IMG/VR virus record: IMGVR_UViG_3300027365_000007
From: a virus
Lineage: Duplodnaviria > Caudoviricetes
Direction: 5' to 3' (one strand)
Length of the DNA stretch: 64,000 bases
The notes under the pieces were generated by a model, which was given only the letters and a program-made list of their open reading frames with translations, had not been told where the DNA came from and made no database searches. The translations under genes and the position numbers were made by a program. Below, piece by piece: positions 19,706 to 30,632 of the stretch (position 1 is the first letter of the stretch; each line of letters opens with the position of its first letter).

Positions 19706-20809
19706 ATGCGATTACACGAATTAAATAAGAATAAAAATACTGTCTATTTCATGATGGTGTATGCCAACCCACCTACTTATGGATATAAGCTTGCGTATGA
19801 AAAGCTTCAGAAGATTTCAAAAGGCGCAAACCATGTCGTGTTTATTAACCCCATGGTGGATCGTGAATTAAACCCGCTAGATTTTAAGAAAAATTTGGCA
19901 TATAACAAGACATTATTCCCTAATGTGAATTTTAACGAAACAGGGAATATAAAAACACCATTGGAGGCTCTTAAGTACTTAGCGAATGAGTACGATGTTA
20001 TATATCTTGTTACTAAAGATGAAAACATTGATGATTATCGTCGTTATACAAAATATGCTGAGAATTGGGGCGTCTATGACTTTGATGTGATTGGTCTAGG
20101 TGATAGTAAGTCTGATGACACCAAAGGTAAGACAAACCGTTTGGCCAGACAGTATGTGAAAAATAACAACTACACAGATTTTAAGAAAACTATACCAACA
20201 AAAAATGAGCGCCTAATTTCCAAGCTGTTCATTGACTTGAGAAAAGCGATGCTGTCGAATAAAACTAAAAAGTCCGATGAAGTTTCTGAAAATGTTAAAC
20301 AGTTAATAGAAACTATACAAGAAAAGTGTTCTGGCTTTTCAGTAATGCAAGAATATTTTAGTATTGATAAAGAGGGTAATGAATATATCATGCTTAAGGA
20401 GTTAAACCAATTTTTTAAAAACATAAAACTTGTTGTTACAAATAAATACAAGGATTATTCTATTGCACGTGATAATGATAAAAACTATGTGATCTTTTTA
20501 AACAGTGACATCAATAGCTTAGATCAAAAACTAGTTGAAGAGTCTGAGTTATTCGAAAAGACCATACGTAATACTAAACGACTTGATGAAACGACAGCAG
20601 GCGCAATAGCATCTTCAAATGCTGTACTGGGTACTCCAATCAAGCGTATACCTAATAGTAATGATAATGCATATGAGTTTGTTAAGAAAATCAAGTATGA
20701 TCGTAGTTGTCGTGACAAGCTTAATGCATCAATGGGTGAGTTCATAAACCGCAATGGGTATATTGACCAAGATGCGATTAAGAAAATTAAAGATATACTG
20801 GAAAAATAA
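19706..20809 (+). CDS. Cytidylyltransferase-like protein with a degenerate active site
   Basis: NPPTYGY in place of NPPTxGH; NPL..K..FP scaffold retained. Confidence 0.6.
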   Translation: MRLHELNKNKNTVYFMMVYANPPTYGYKLAYEKLQKISKGANHVVFINPMVDRELNPLDFKKNLAYNKTLFPNVNFNETGNIKTPLEALKYLANEYDVIYLVTKDENIDDYRRYTKYAENWGVYDFDVIGLGDSKSDDTKGKTNRLARQYVKNNNYTDFKKTIPTKNERLISKLFIDLRKAMLSNKTKKSDEVSENVKQLIETIQEKCSGFSVMQEYFSIDKEGNEYIMLKELNQFFKNIKLVVTNKYKDYSIARDNDKNYVIFLNSDINSLDQKLVEESELFEKTIRNTKRLDETTAGAIASSNAVLGTPIKRIPNSNDNAYEFVKKIKYDRSCRDKLNASMGEFINRNGYIDQDAIKKIKDILEK

Positions 20810-21171
20810 TGAGTAGAATTTATAAATCCTTTAGTACAACTTCGCCTAATGCTAATGAGAATGGTAATTTATATGATATGGATGTTGTCGTAGATGACAT
20901 CCATAACCTTTTATCTATAAAAAAAGATGAAATGCCGATGAGTGATATTGGGTTTATTGGCCATAGTTACATATATCAACCTTCGCTGACACCTGCCGAA
21001 CAACAGCTTATCATTGACGACGCACTCGAACAATTGTCTATGGACCCTAGACTAAATAGTATAAGCATTGATATGGAAGAATTATCTAATGGTTACTACC
21101 TTATTATTAACGCAACTGTAGTACCACAAAATCAGGAAGTGAATCTTTCTGTTAATTTAAACGATATTTAA
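20809..21171 (+). CDS. Baseplate wedge subunit, gp25/GpW-like
   Basis: DIHNLLSIKKDE..M..IG...DPRL..I pattern; directly before the gp6-like gene. Confidence 0.7.
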   Translation: MSRIYKSFSTTSPNANENGNLYDMDVVVDDIHNLLSIKKDEMPMSDIGFIGHSYIYQPSLTPAEQQLIIDDALEQLSMDPRLNSISIDMEELSNGYYLIINATVVPQNQEVNLSVNLNDI

Positions 21172-21180
21172 GGGGCACTA

Positions 21181-24100
21181 ATGTCAGAGAGTATAAGACA
21201 AAACAATCTATTTGCGGCAGAAGACTGGAAAGTCGTTTACAATGCGTTTCGTAACGTATCACTTCAGGCTTATGACTACAATTCAATTTATAATGCGCTT
21301 ATAGATTACCTGCGTACTAATAATCCCGACGAATTCAACGATTATGTTCAGCATTCAGAAATGTTGGCACACATCAACATGCTCGCATATCTGGGACAGT
21401 CATATGCGTTTAGAATAGACTTGAATGCGAGGGAGAACTTTTTCGATACAGCAGAACGCAGGGAGAGCGTTCTTAAGCTTGCACAAGGTTTATCCTATAA
21501 ACCTAAACGTAACCGATCTGCAAATGGTCTGTGTAAGATAGTATCCGTACAAACTACAGAACCTCTACTAGACTCTCAAGGCAATAGTTTGTCAAATATC
21601 GAAATATCTTGGGAACAAATTAATAACTCAAATTGGTATGAGAATTTTATAAAAATTCTTAACCGAGCGTTTATTTCAACAAATAGATTTGGTGAACCTG
21701 TAAAGTCAGATACGATCAATAACATTGATACTCAAGTATACTCTATCAATAATCTTAGTGTAGCAAACAACGACATCGTTTACAACTTTGATGCAGCAAT
21801 TAACGGTGAAAATATGACGTTCGAAGTAGTATCCGCAGATATAGACTCGGATGTAATTAAAGAGCGTTCACCAAGACCTGAGTCCACTATCAACATCCTG
21901 TATCGAAATGATCAGCTAGGTAGTACTTCTGAAAACACAGGCTTTTTTGTGTACTTTAAAGAAGGTAGCCTATCATCAACTATACTCGAATATAATACCC
22001 CTGTGCCAGATAGAGAAGAATTGATTGATGTGACTAACATCAATGAGACTGATGTATGGTTACAAGAACTGGACACAGATACTGGTTATGTACAATATGA
22101 GTGGAAGCCAATTCCAAGCCTAGTGGGGCAGAATATCATATATAATGACGTGTACCTTAATGAAAGAAAGGTTTATACTGCCAATACACAATCCGATAAC
22201 CGTGTTATGTTGAAGTTCAGCGATGGTAATTTTGGTGATGTACCAGTTGGTACATTTAGGGTAATGTATCGAACTTCCAGAAACCAGTCATATATTATTC
22301 GCCCAAATGACATTAAGAAGAAAAATGTTAATATACGTTATGTCGGTAAAGACAATCAAGTCTATACACTTACATTAACATTCTCTTTGCAATATACAAT
22401 TGATAATGCGGAAAGTGAAGAAAGTACTGATGAAATAAAGCGTAATGCTCCATTAGTGCATTATAGCCAAGATCGTATGATCAATGGTGAAGACTACAAC
22501 GTATTCCCATTGACACAATCAAACCTAGTCAGAAAGGTTAAGGCGGTTAATCGTACACATGCAGGCCACAGTCGATATATCGACATTACAGACCCCACTG
22601 GATCACATTCAAACACTACTGTTGTAGGTGACGATGCCTATATGTATAAAGATTACGGTTTGAATTCCGATGGCTTTAAAATAGAGAGTAACACTAATTA
22701 TAGTTCTCTTGTGCGCACTCGCATTGAACCACTTCTTAATAGCTATGGTATTGATAACTATTATTTCCACGAGTACCGTTCTGTAATATTATCGGAAGCA
22801 ATCGACAATTTAGGCGGATATGGTAGTGAATATTTGACGTTCGATAGTGGACGTTATATATGGAAAACCCTGCCTATGAATATGTACTCCACAACTGGAT
22901 ATATTGTGGATACAACCACTTCTCAAAATGTTGAGATTGGGCTGGGTTCTTCAGAAGAAAAACTAAAACTAGTACGTGAAAATTCAAAAATATTATTCAA
23001 AAATAATAACGGAGAAAGTAAGTGGGTTACAATACGTGGTCTTGAAGAAGGTGGTATTGTAAACCTTGCGGTTGATGCGTCAGGGACGGTAGAATTGTCC
23101 AACGATATTGATGATGGATGGTATATTAAAGAAGTTATACCGGGCATACGTAAAAGTCTTAATATCGATGAACGTATTGCCGTGCAGACTGAAATTGAAA
23201 ATAATAGATCCTTTGGTGTGCGCTATGATTTCATTAATGATTCATGGGTTATTATCGCTCAAGAGAATATTGTAAATACAGATAATAGTACTTTTGATCT
23301 TAACGCACCTTCTCTTCCAAATGCCCCTGATAACCGTTGGTTACTAAAGGCAACCTTCATTAATGAACAGGGCGAAAAACGTTACAACGTTGTTGTAAGG
23401 CAGCTTAGATATGTATTTGGCTCCGACAAACAGGTTAGATTCTTCTTTAAGAATACAGATAAAGTCATAGACTATGAGACAGGTCGATTTGTGGAAGATT
23501 ATATAAAAATCCTTTCTTCAAACTCAGATCGTAAAGACATTAATGAACAAACAACATCAGCACGTGGAATTGTTGGTCATATGTATACCTCGGCTACACA
23601 CAGTTCTACGACTGAATATGATATTACTAGCTCAGTGCCTTATAATGCTAACACAGGCGATATACGCTTATATACTGTTGATAAGAAGTTAATTACCAAC
23701 TGGAATATTCAATTCACTAACAGTAGGACTATTCTTACTATCAATGATCCATTGTTGCCTGATAACACCGTAAGTCCATTTAAAATCACTGATATTATAG
23801 AAGTGTACGACTTGGAAGGTGGAAATGAGACGTTGGGTGTTAGTTACAACTTTTCAATTGTCGATAGTTTCATACAAAATGATGGTATCGTAGATTACTC
23901 TAAAGTATTAATAGAGCCGCAAGATATTGACGATGATGAAGTCCAAGATTTTCCGTTGGCCTTTGAGGATATTGTCAACCTTAACGAATATGTGTTTTTT
24001 AAAACGTATACCGATATGGATAATATCATATACAACAGGGTTGACAGCAACGTACTACTTCTTAATGACAATACCACACGTATAAACTCTGGTGTTGTGT

Positions 24101-24912
24101 ACTACTGTAGTTCTGATATTACTATCACTGACAACTATGGGAATAGTATTGATTATACCGCTGGTAACTTTTACGTAGGTGATGACGTTGATGTTGATGG
24201 TATACGCCCCAATAGCGCTACTGTATTAATTAATAATTCGGACGAAGAGGGTAATACCTATAGTTCATATATAGGACGTTCATTCACAAAAGACGATCCA
24301 TTTTTCTTCCAGTGGAAGCATTATGCTGGTGGTAAGGATCGTATAGATCCTAGTATTTCAAACATAATTGATACCTATGTTCTTACACGTTCTTATGATA
24401 ATGCCGTTAGAACATGGTTGAATAATCGAGAAGACGTAAGTACGTTTCCATCTCTACCAACCTCTAATGAAATAAAGAGTAACTTGCAGCAGATCGAAAG
24501 TAATAAGTCAACTTCAGATCAGATCATTTATATACCAGCTTCTTATAAATTACTATTTGGAGAATCTGCACTTCCTGAATATCGTGCAACATTCAAAATA
24601 GTTAAAACAGCAGGTAGCTATCTGACTGATAATGAAATAAAGTCTCAGGTTATTGAAGCTGTAAATACATTCTTTAATATCGACAATTGGGACTTTGGCT
24701 CAGGTTTCTATTTTACCGAGCTGTCTACATACATACACACAAAGCTAACAGGCAATATTGCATCAGTAGTAATCGTACCTGAAGATGAAAATTCAAGATT
24801 TGGTGAATTGTTTGAAATTCGTTCTGAACCAAATGAATTATTCTTATCGACAGCTAGTGTAGAAAATGTCGAGATTGTAAGAACTTATACAGATGCAAAC
24901 TTAAGGAAGTAA
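21181..24912 (+). CDS. Baseplate wedge protein, T4 gp6-like (enlarged)
   Basis: YDYNSI..L..YL...F.DY...LAY...DLNARENFFDTAERRESVLKLA..LSYKP, plus IKRNAP..QDRMI..EDY. Confidence 0.85.
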   Translation: MSESIRQNNLFAAEDWKVVYNAFRNVSLQAYDYNSIYNALIDYLRTNNPDEFNDYVQHSEMLAHINMLAYLGQSYAFRIDLNARENFFDTAERRESVLKLAQGLSYKPKRNRSANGLCKIVSVQTTEPLLDSQGNSLSNIEISWEQINNSNWYENFIKILNRAFISTNRFGEPVKSDTINNIDTQVYSINNLSVANNDIVYNFDAAINGENMTFEVVSADIDSDVIKERSPRPESTINILYRNDQLGSTSENTGFFVYFKEGSLSSTILEYNTPVPDREELIDVTNINETDVWLQELDTDTGYVQYEWKPIPSLVGQNIIYNDVYLNERKVYTANTQSDNRVMLKFSDGNFGDVPVGTFRVMYRTSRNQSYIIRPNDIKKKNVNIRYVGKDNQVYTLTLTFSLQYTIDNAESEESTDEIKRNAPLVHYSQDRMINGEDYNVFPLTQSNLVRKVKAVNRTHAGHSRYIDITDPTGSHSNTTVVGDDAYMYKDYGLNSDGFKIESNTNYSSLVRTRIEPLLNSYGIDNYYFHEYRSVILSEAIDNLGGYGSEYLTFDSGRYIWKTLPMNMYSTTGYIVDTTTSQNVEIGLGSSEEKLKLVRENSKILFKNNNGESKWVTIRGLEEGGIVNLAVDASGTVELSNDIDDGWYIKEVIPGIRKSLNIDERIAVQTEIENNRSFGVRYDFINDSWVIIAQENIVNTDNSTFDLNAPSLPNAPDNRWLLKATFINEQGEKRYNVVVRQLRYVFGSDKQVRFFFKNTDKVIDYETGRFVEDYIKILSSNSDRKDINEQTTSARGIVGHMYTSATHSSTTEYDITSSVPYNANTGDIRLYTVDKKLITNWNIQFTNSRTILTINDPLLPDNTVSPFKITDIIEVYDLEGGNETLGVSYNFSIVDSFIQNDGIVDYSKVLIEPQDIDDDEVQDFPLAFEDIVNLNEYVFFKTYTDMDNIIYNRVDSNVLLLNDNTTRINSGVVYYCSSDITITDNYGNSIDYTAGNFYVGDDVDVDGIRPNSATVLINNSDEEGNTYSSYIGRSFTKDDPFFFQWKHYAGGKDRIDPSISNIIDTYVLTRSYDNAVRTWLNNREDVSTFPSLPTSNEIKSNLQQIESNKSTSDQIIYIPASYKLLFGESALPEYRATFKIVKTAGSYLTDNEIKSQVIEAVNTFFNIDNWDFGSGFYFTELSTYIHTKLTGNIASVVIVPEDENSRFGELFEIRSEPNELFLSTASVENVEIVRTYTDANLRK

Positions 24913-24913
24913 T

Positions 24914-26278
24914 ATGTACAGTAGAGATTATTTTTATGACAAACAACTAAGACGTTACCTGTTACAAATAATTAGATTATTTTCAGGGTTCAAAGTTTAT
25001 GACGGAAAGCGTAACGGTACTGATCGCTATAAGTTGGTGCCATGTACCTATGCTGATATGTCTCGTCTTGGTGCGACATACCTGAACAAAAACAGTGAAA
25101 ATATATTGACGACAGCGCCTATGCTATCGTTACATATCTCTGAGTTTCAACCGTTACCTGAGTATCGCCATACCCCTCATTATGAGGGGGTAAGTCATAT
25201 CACTGAAAAGCAGAAAGATGAAAATGGTAACTATATAAACAAACCTGCAAGTAAGTATACTATATCACAGCTTATGCCAGTTCCTTTCACAATGAATATA
25301 AACGTAGATGTGTTCACCACATCTACTGATCAAAAGATGGAGCTTATGGAACAGATATTAGTATGGTATAATCCGGGCTTCGAATTTAAAGTTAATTCAT
25401 CGCCTATGGATATGGGTAATGTATCTAACATCCAACTAGAAAATATACAATGGACATCACGAAGTGTACCACAAGGTACCAGTACCGAAATTGATGTTAT
25501 GACATTGACTTTCAGAATTTTCCCAGTCTTTATTACAAGCCCTGCGAAAATACGAAAGCAAACTAAAATACATAATGTTTATACCAATATACATCTAACA
25601 ACCGCCGATGAAGATTCTCTACTAAGTAACTCACTTAGTGATATATTTTCGCGGGATAATTATCTACTGGAACCAGTTGTCGCAACACCAAATGGATACG
25701 ATCTCGAAGTTTACAAAAAAGACAATTCTTATTTTGCCAAGATCATAAACACTTCAGGTAACTACGATAACTGGGAAACTATGTTCGACTTATACGGAAA
25801 GGTTGATGAAGGTGTTACAACTATCCGCATAGGACAGTCTAATAATCCTGAAGAAGACAATAGCTTCATTTACGGTACATTTCTATATACACCAGATCCT
25901 AAAGAACTACAGATCGAGTTTGATGTAGATACGTTCTCAACGCCAACGTTAGAGCCAGTAGATGCTATCATTAATCCGAATGGTAACATACCAGCACTCA
26001 ATACTAATACCCGCTTCTTAATAGCATCTGACATTGCAGATTCAAGTGTTTGGGGAGGACTTGAAGCATCACAATGGGATATAATCGAAACCAATGATGG
26101 TGGCCTTACATGGTCTATATCGTTTGATGCATCTGAATCCGATACCATTGAGTATGTGGTGAATCTTACGAAGAATGATTTGTATAAATTCAATGATGGT
26201 CAATGGATTTCAGCAATATCTGGTCGATACGTAGAAGGCTATTGGGGATTTGATGTTGAAAAGTTAGAGAATTCATGA
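24914..26278 (+). CDS. Tail completion/sheath stabiliser, gp15-like with a C-terminal extension
   Basis: YFYDKQLRRY..LFSGF; MPVPFTMNINVDV...QKMELMEQIL.WYNP. Confidence 0.75.
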   Translation: MYSRDYFYDKQLRRYLLQIIRLFSGFKVYDGKRNGTDRYKLVPCTYADMSRLGATYLNKNSENILTTAPMLSLHISEFQPLPEYRHTPHYEGVSHITEKQKDENGNYINKPASKYTISQLMPVPFTMNINVDVFTTSTDQKMELMEQILVWYNPGFEFKVNSSPMDMGNVSNIQLENIQWTSRSVPQGTSTEIDVMTLTFRIFPVFITSPAKIRKQTKIHNVYTNIHLTTADEDSLLSNSLSDIFSRDNYLLEPVVATPNGYDLEVYKKDNSYFAKIINTSGNYDNWETMFDLYGKVDEGVTTIRIGQSNNPEEDNSFIYGTFLYTPDPKELQIEFDVDTFSTPTLEPVDAIINPNGNIPALNTNTRFLIASDIADSSVWGGLEASQWDIIETNDGGLTWSISFDASESDTIEYVVNLTKNDLYKFNDGQWISAISGRYVEGYWGFDVEKLENS

Positions 26279-26284
26279 TATAAT
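26256..26284 (+). promoter_or_regulatory. Sigma70-like early promoter
   Basis: TTGAAA-N17-TATAAT with TGn extended -10, upstream of the NUDIX gene. Confidence 0.65.
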
Positions 26285-26308
26285 GCTCCTTATCTAAGGA
26301 GTTACTAA

Positions 26309-26734
26309 ATGAATTATAAACTGAAAAAAGCAGGTCTCATATTGTATAGAAAGACCTGTGATGATATTCTATTTCGTTGTATGATCCCAAGCGACCCACT
26401 TTATGGGGGATCGTCGCCACAAATTCCAAAAGGTGGTATCGAAGAGGGTGATGGTGTTAAATTTACCGCTGTGAAAGAATGTTGTGAAGAGTGTGGGCTT
26501 GTCCCAACCAATTTGGAAAGTATCGAAGAATTCAAGATTTACCCAAAAATGAAGATGGCTATCTATATAGGTACTGTTGACGATCCTGATGATTTTGTAG
26601 ATCCACATTGGGAATCAAAGTGGTCTGGTTGGGTAAGCTATAAAGATCGTCGTCACGATCTTAGAGATGTTCAACGTCATATTTTTGATGATGTATACCA
26701 ACACCTAATGAACTTAGATATTGAGGAAGAATAA
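26309..26734 (+). CDS. NUDIX hydrolase
   Basis: Nudix box PKGGIEEGDGVKFTAVKECCEECGL. Confidence 0.85.
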   Translation: MNYKLKKAGLILYRKTCDDILFRCMIPSDPLYGGSSPQIPKGGIEEGDGVKFTAVKECCEECGLVPTNLESIEEFKIYPKMKMAIYIGTVDDPDDFVDPHWESKWSGWVSYKDRRHDLRDVQRHIFDDVYQHLMNLDIEEE

Positions 26735-26735
26735 A

Positions 26736-27596
26736 ATGGTTAATGACGAAAATGATTTTCATGAACGCTTGGATTTTGTATATAATGAAATTTTTAAGTT
26801 GAAAAATGATGATTTCAATCGCGACTTGGAATTTGAAGAGGTAAAAAACAAATTAATGTATTGTGAAAGCCAAATATCTTTTTTGGAAAATCAAAATCTA
26901 ACCCTTGAAAGACTATTCTTAGCCTCAGTAACTGAGTCAGACATCGCGGAAATGGCCCGAAGCAATCTTGACCACCAAAACGATCATGTGGATATGTATG
27001 TGTTTAATGTAGAGGATATTCTTCATGATTTGAATTCTTTATCGTCTGTTATTAATTTAGACCCATACCTTACTGTGGCCAATATTGCACAAGGTTTACT
27101 TAAATATGAACTGACTCCCAGCAAATACGCTGAGTATATAAAAAGAATCATGAAACACCCATTTATTAATTTACAATGCTTTAGGAATATGAGTGGCACT
27201 GAAAACTTCTATAGCAATTATCCAGAAGTGTGTGAGGCTCTTTATAGCGAATTCACATATTACACTATAGTATGTGGCTTATGTAATAGCGGGGACGGAC
27301 TTAACTATGCTAAATTTTTAATTCATACACTGAAACCAACATTTCAGTATGAATTTGTCCGTTATCTATTTAATAATTTCGACAACGCGAGATTGATGAC
27401 CGTCATAGATACAATCTATAATCTCAATGGTTATGAAAACATGAAGGGATATGTTGGAGATAGATATTTTAAGAAATTAGCATACGATGTGCGTAATGAA
27501 AGTATCGATGTAGACAACACTTTTAATAAAAAAATGCGCAAGCGAAGTAAAAAGATTGATAATTATTTAAAACTACATAATAAGCACACCTCTTAA
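26736..27596 (+). CDS. Hypothetical helical protein (start revised)
   Basis: GAGG RBS before the ATG at 26736. Confidence 0.55.
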   Translation: MVNDENDFHERLDFVYNEIFKLKNDDFNRDLEFEEVKNKLMYCESQISFLENQNLTLERLFLASVTESDIAEMARSNLDHQNDHVDMYVFNVEDILHDLNSLSSVINLDPYLTVANIAQGLLKYELTPSKYAEYIKRIMKHPFINLQCFRNMSGTENFYSNYPEVCEALYSEFTYYTIVCGLCNSGDGLNYAKFLIHTLKPTFQYEFVRYLFNNFDNARLMTVIDTIYNLNGYENMKGYVGDRYFKKLAYDVRNESIDVDNTFNKKMRKRSKKIDNYLKLHNKHTS

Positions 27597-27640
27597 GATT
27601 TCTTAAGAGGTGATTTCAATCTTAAATAGTATAATTAATA

Positions 27641-29503
27641 TTACAACTTTTCAATATTTATATTAATTATACTATTCTCATATGGGGTTAAATTCAATAT
27701 ATCATTATCTAGATATCCAGTTGATACATTCTCTCCGTTATTATTGTAATATGTTACATCAAATACTGCACTATTACCATACTCAGTAGTTATTTTAAAT
27801 TGACCCGTGTATTCACCAGACAATGAAAATTGTGTAAATTGATTTCTGGTACCGTCTAAGTTGTCTGAGTCTTCGTATATTAATACACGTACCTCATATC
27901 CATTGAATGTCATTGGTGATAACGTGCCTAAGCTTTGACTATACGAATACCCCCATTGATGTGTATCACTAAAAGTGACATATCTATACTCTACATCTAA
28001 TTGATATTGGAATTGTTTTACTAATATTGACTTAGTATAGCTCGAACCTTCTCTAGATGCCGTAATATCTACATTCGTATCCGCACTTACCGATGGTGCT
28101 GTATAGATAATATTATCACCCGATCTGATAACACTACCCTGTGTTACACTAATATTGTATGTGTAATTTGGATTGAAATTATCAATAACATAGTAAGCGG
28201 TATCTTGTTGCACAACTTCGTCAGGCCCTGTTAAAACGATAGGATCATCTGCCAATAGGGTTAGTGCTATTGAATCACTAGAACCTTCTCTAGACACCGT
28301 AATATTACCTGATTGTTCGTATGGTGCTGTCAACGGCGCATCAAGTTCTATAACATCATCCGTTCTAGTGACTGTAGCTCCTGCTATATCAGTGTTTATA
28401 TCATAAGTGTAATTAGGATTGTAATTATCAATGGTATAGGTATACACACCGCGTGATTCGAGTACACTTGGGCCTGTCAGGTTTATAGGTGGCTCTGCAT
28501 TTAATGTTACCGGGAAGTAATTAGAATAACCGTCCTTGGAAACACTCAGGGTTAGCGTGGACGCAATAGGGCTTGTAAGTGGCGTTACAAGTTCTATTGT
28601 ATCATCTGATATAAAGCTCACAGTTGCTTCGTCTGAATCCACACTAACTGTATAATCACTAAAGCTATTGTAATTTGTCATTGTGTAGGTATATGTATTT
28701 TGGACATCAACGTTGTTAGGCCCTTTGAGGGTAACAAGTCCTTCGCCACGTGCACCAAATATCCACGCACTATCAATTATACCAGAACCATCAGTGGTGG
28801 GTATAGCATTCTCTTTAGGAGTATTAGAGAACATGTAACGACCTACTCCTACACGTTCCATGCCACGTATTGGTTCGAAGTCGATTATACCCGTTGCATC
28901 TGTAGTCAAAGTACCTATGTAAATGAGACTATTATCATTTGGCAGGCGAGTAACATTGAGCATAAATCTAACATTTAAAAGGTCTGTTGCATCTGCATAT
29001 GCATAGAATTCTTTGTTTTCAAAATTACTCTCAACATTTCTAATATCTATAGTGACTGCGGGTATATGGTATTTCCATCCATTAATTAAACAATCAGTCG
29101 CCGAAAATCTGAAATTATAAGAATCTAAGATTGAATAAGAATAAGTATTTGTTGAAAGATCCCCTATAGAAGTAATACCGTAAAACTCACCACTACGCAT
29201 ATGAAGTGGTATACTATTCTCCATATATAATTTTGATACGGCGTGTGTGTTCACTGTAGGATGATTCGACAGTATTATCTCAGGTATGGTATCATTCTCA
29301 ACTAACAGGAACTCGTTGGTTAAATCGCTGTATGTATTGCCTGATAAAACATCAGCATCAATACCACCACCAGAGCCGGGAGAACCTGTAGCCAACGTAT
29401 TAAGACCATCAATTTGTGATGCTTCATGACGATGTTTATTCGCAATACCTTTGTGAATAATTTTCTTACCACCAATTGTTGTACCGTTTGGTAAATCTGC
29501 CAT
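27641..29503 (-). CDS. Tail fibre/spike protein with three Ig-like repeats
   Basis: KHRHEASQIDGL fibre motif and three ~80-aa L.GP..V...Y.I.NYN repeats; late promoter upstream. Confidence 0.65.
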   Translation of the reverse strand: MADLPNGTTIGGKKIIHKGIANKHRHEASQIDGLNTLATGSPGSGGGIDADVLSGNTYSDLTNEFLLVENDTIPEIILSNHPTVNTHAVSKLYMENSIPLHMRSGEFYGITSIGDLSTNTYSYSILDSYNFRFSATDCLINGWKYHIPAVTIDIRNVESNFENKEFYAYADATDLLNVRFMLNVTRLPNDNSLIYIGTLTTDATGIIDFEPIRGMERVGVGRYMFSNTPKENAIPTTDGSGIIDSAWIFGARGEGLVTLKGPNNVDVQNTYTYTMTNYNSFSDYTVSVDSDEATVSFISDDTIELVTPLTSPIASTLTLSVSKDGYSNYFPVTLNAEPPINLTGPSVLESRGVYTYTIDNYNPNYTYDINTDIAGATVTRTDDVIELDAPLTAPYEQSGNITVSREGSSDSIALTLLADDPIVLTGPDEVVQQDTAYYVIDNFNPNYTYNISVTQGSVIRSGDNIIYTAPSVSADTNVDITASREGSSYTKSILVKQFQYQLDVEYRYVTFSDTHQWGYSYSQSLGTLSPMTFNGYEVRVLIYEDSDNLDGTRNQFTQFSLSGEYTGQFKITTEYGNSAVFDVTYYNNNGENVSTGYLDNDILNLTPYENSIININIEKL

Positions 29504-29543
29504 TATATATACCTTTTCCGTTATTCAAACCTATGTTATACTG

Positions 29544-29551
29544 TATTTATA
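29544..29551 (-). promoter_or_regulatory. T4-type late promoter TATAAATA
   Basis: Exact motif 40 nt upstream of the fibre gene start. Confidence 0.6.
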
Positions 29552-29570
29552 TATTAGAGATGATCTGTTT

Positions 29571-30632
29571 ATGAGTGACGAAAATACAAACGAAGAATTA
29601 GATGAACTTTCGAACGAGATTGAATATCTCAAGCGTACCATTAATACCTTGGAAAATATGCATGACGATTCTCGTTCAAAGTGCGAGGAATTAGAAAAAG
29701 AGTTAGAAGAAGAAAAAACTAAGTACAATAGTCAAAAGTCTGAAATTATTGGAATGGTCCATACAGAATGTTTTAAAACATATAAACTATTCAGAGAGTA
29801 TTATATTGACGCCCGTATTTCAGAAATTAAAAACAGTGGGTTAGATCCACTGGAAGCGTATTACGATATTATGGATTCTGGATATATCTCAGAACTATTG
29901 GATATAGTTACCCAAACGCGTTTGGGTATATTCAGTGAGTCATATGAACATGAACATTTAGAAATTAATACAGAGGTATTTTTTGAGGTAATAAGGGATA
30001 CCATCGAGATGTTGTTCGATGACCTAGATGAAACAAAAAGTACCGAGTTTTTAAATAGTTTGTTCATAGACCGAAACACATTCGACATTGAAGATCTATT
30101 GGCTACTATCTTCCTATATGAAAGAAAAATTATAGATTATGATTACATTTTAGAACTACCAGATAAAACTCGCAAACTGTTATGTAATGTACTTATCCGA
30201 ACATTCTATACTGATGATTCTAACATGTCAGATATTGTTCGAAACAAAGTAGCACAGTTTAATAACGTAGTACCATGTTTACGATCTATAAGAGAATTGT
30301 TTCTACTCTTATGGCCAGAAGTGGAATCTTATAGAAATGGCTATACCAATGAAGAATTAACTAAGATAAATAGAAGCATTTACTGTGCTATGACACATAT
30401 TCGTGGTGATGCACGTAGTCAGACTATGACGAGTTCGTTAGGCGTGTACTTATTGAAACGCAATGCAACAAGTGATGAACTTTGGGTTGCATTTGATCAA
30501 TCATACAGTGATAAAATGCTTAGTATTTACAAACAACTTTCAAAAGATGGTGAGGATGAGTACATCAAACGTTTGCCTGATAGTATACGTAAAAAAATCA
30601 ATCTTATGAAGATCAAAGGGGATTTTAAATAA
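29571..30632 (+). CDS. Hypothetical protein with an N-terminal coiled coil
   Basis: 353-aa ORF with a heptad-like acidic N-terminus. Confidence 0.6.
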   Translation: MSDENTNEELDELSNEIEYLKRTINTLENMHDDSRSKCEELEKELEEEKTKYNSQKSEIIGMVHTECFKTYKLFREYYIDARISEIKNSGLDPLEAYYDIMDSGYISELLDIVTQTRLGIFSESYEHEHLEINTEVFFEVIRDTIEMLFDDLDETKSTEFLNSLFIDRNTFDIEDLLATIFLYERKIIDYDYILELPDKTRKLLCNVLIRTFYTDDSNMSDIVRNKVAQFNNVVPCLRSIRELFLLLWPEVESYRNGYTNEELTKINRSIYCAMTHIRGDARSQTMTSSLGVYLLKRNATSDELWVAFDQSYSDKMLSIYKQLSKDGEDEYIKRLPDSIRKKINLMKIKGDFK

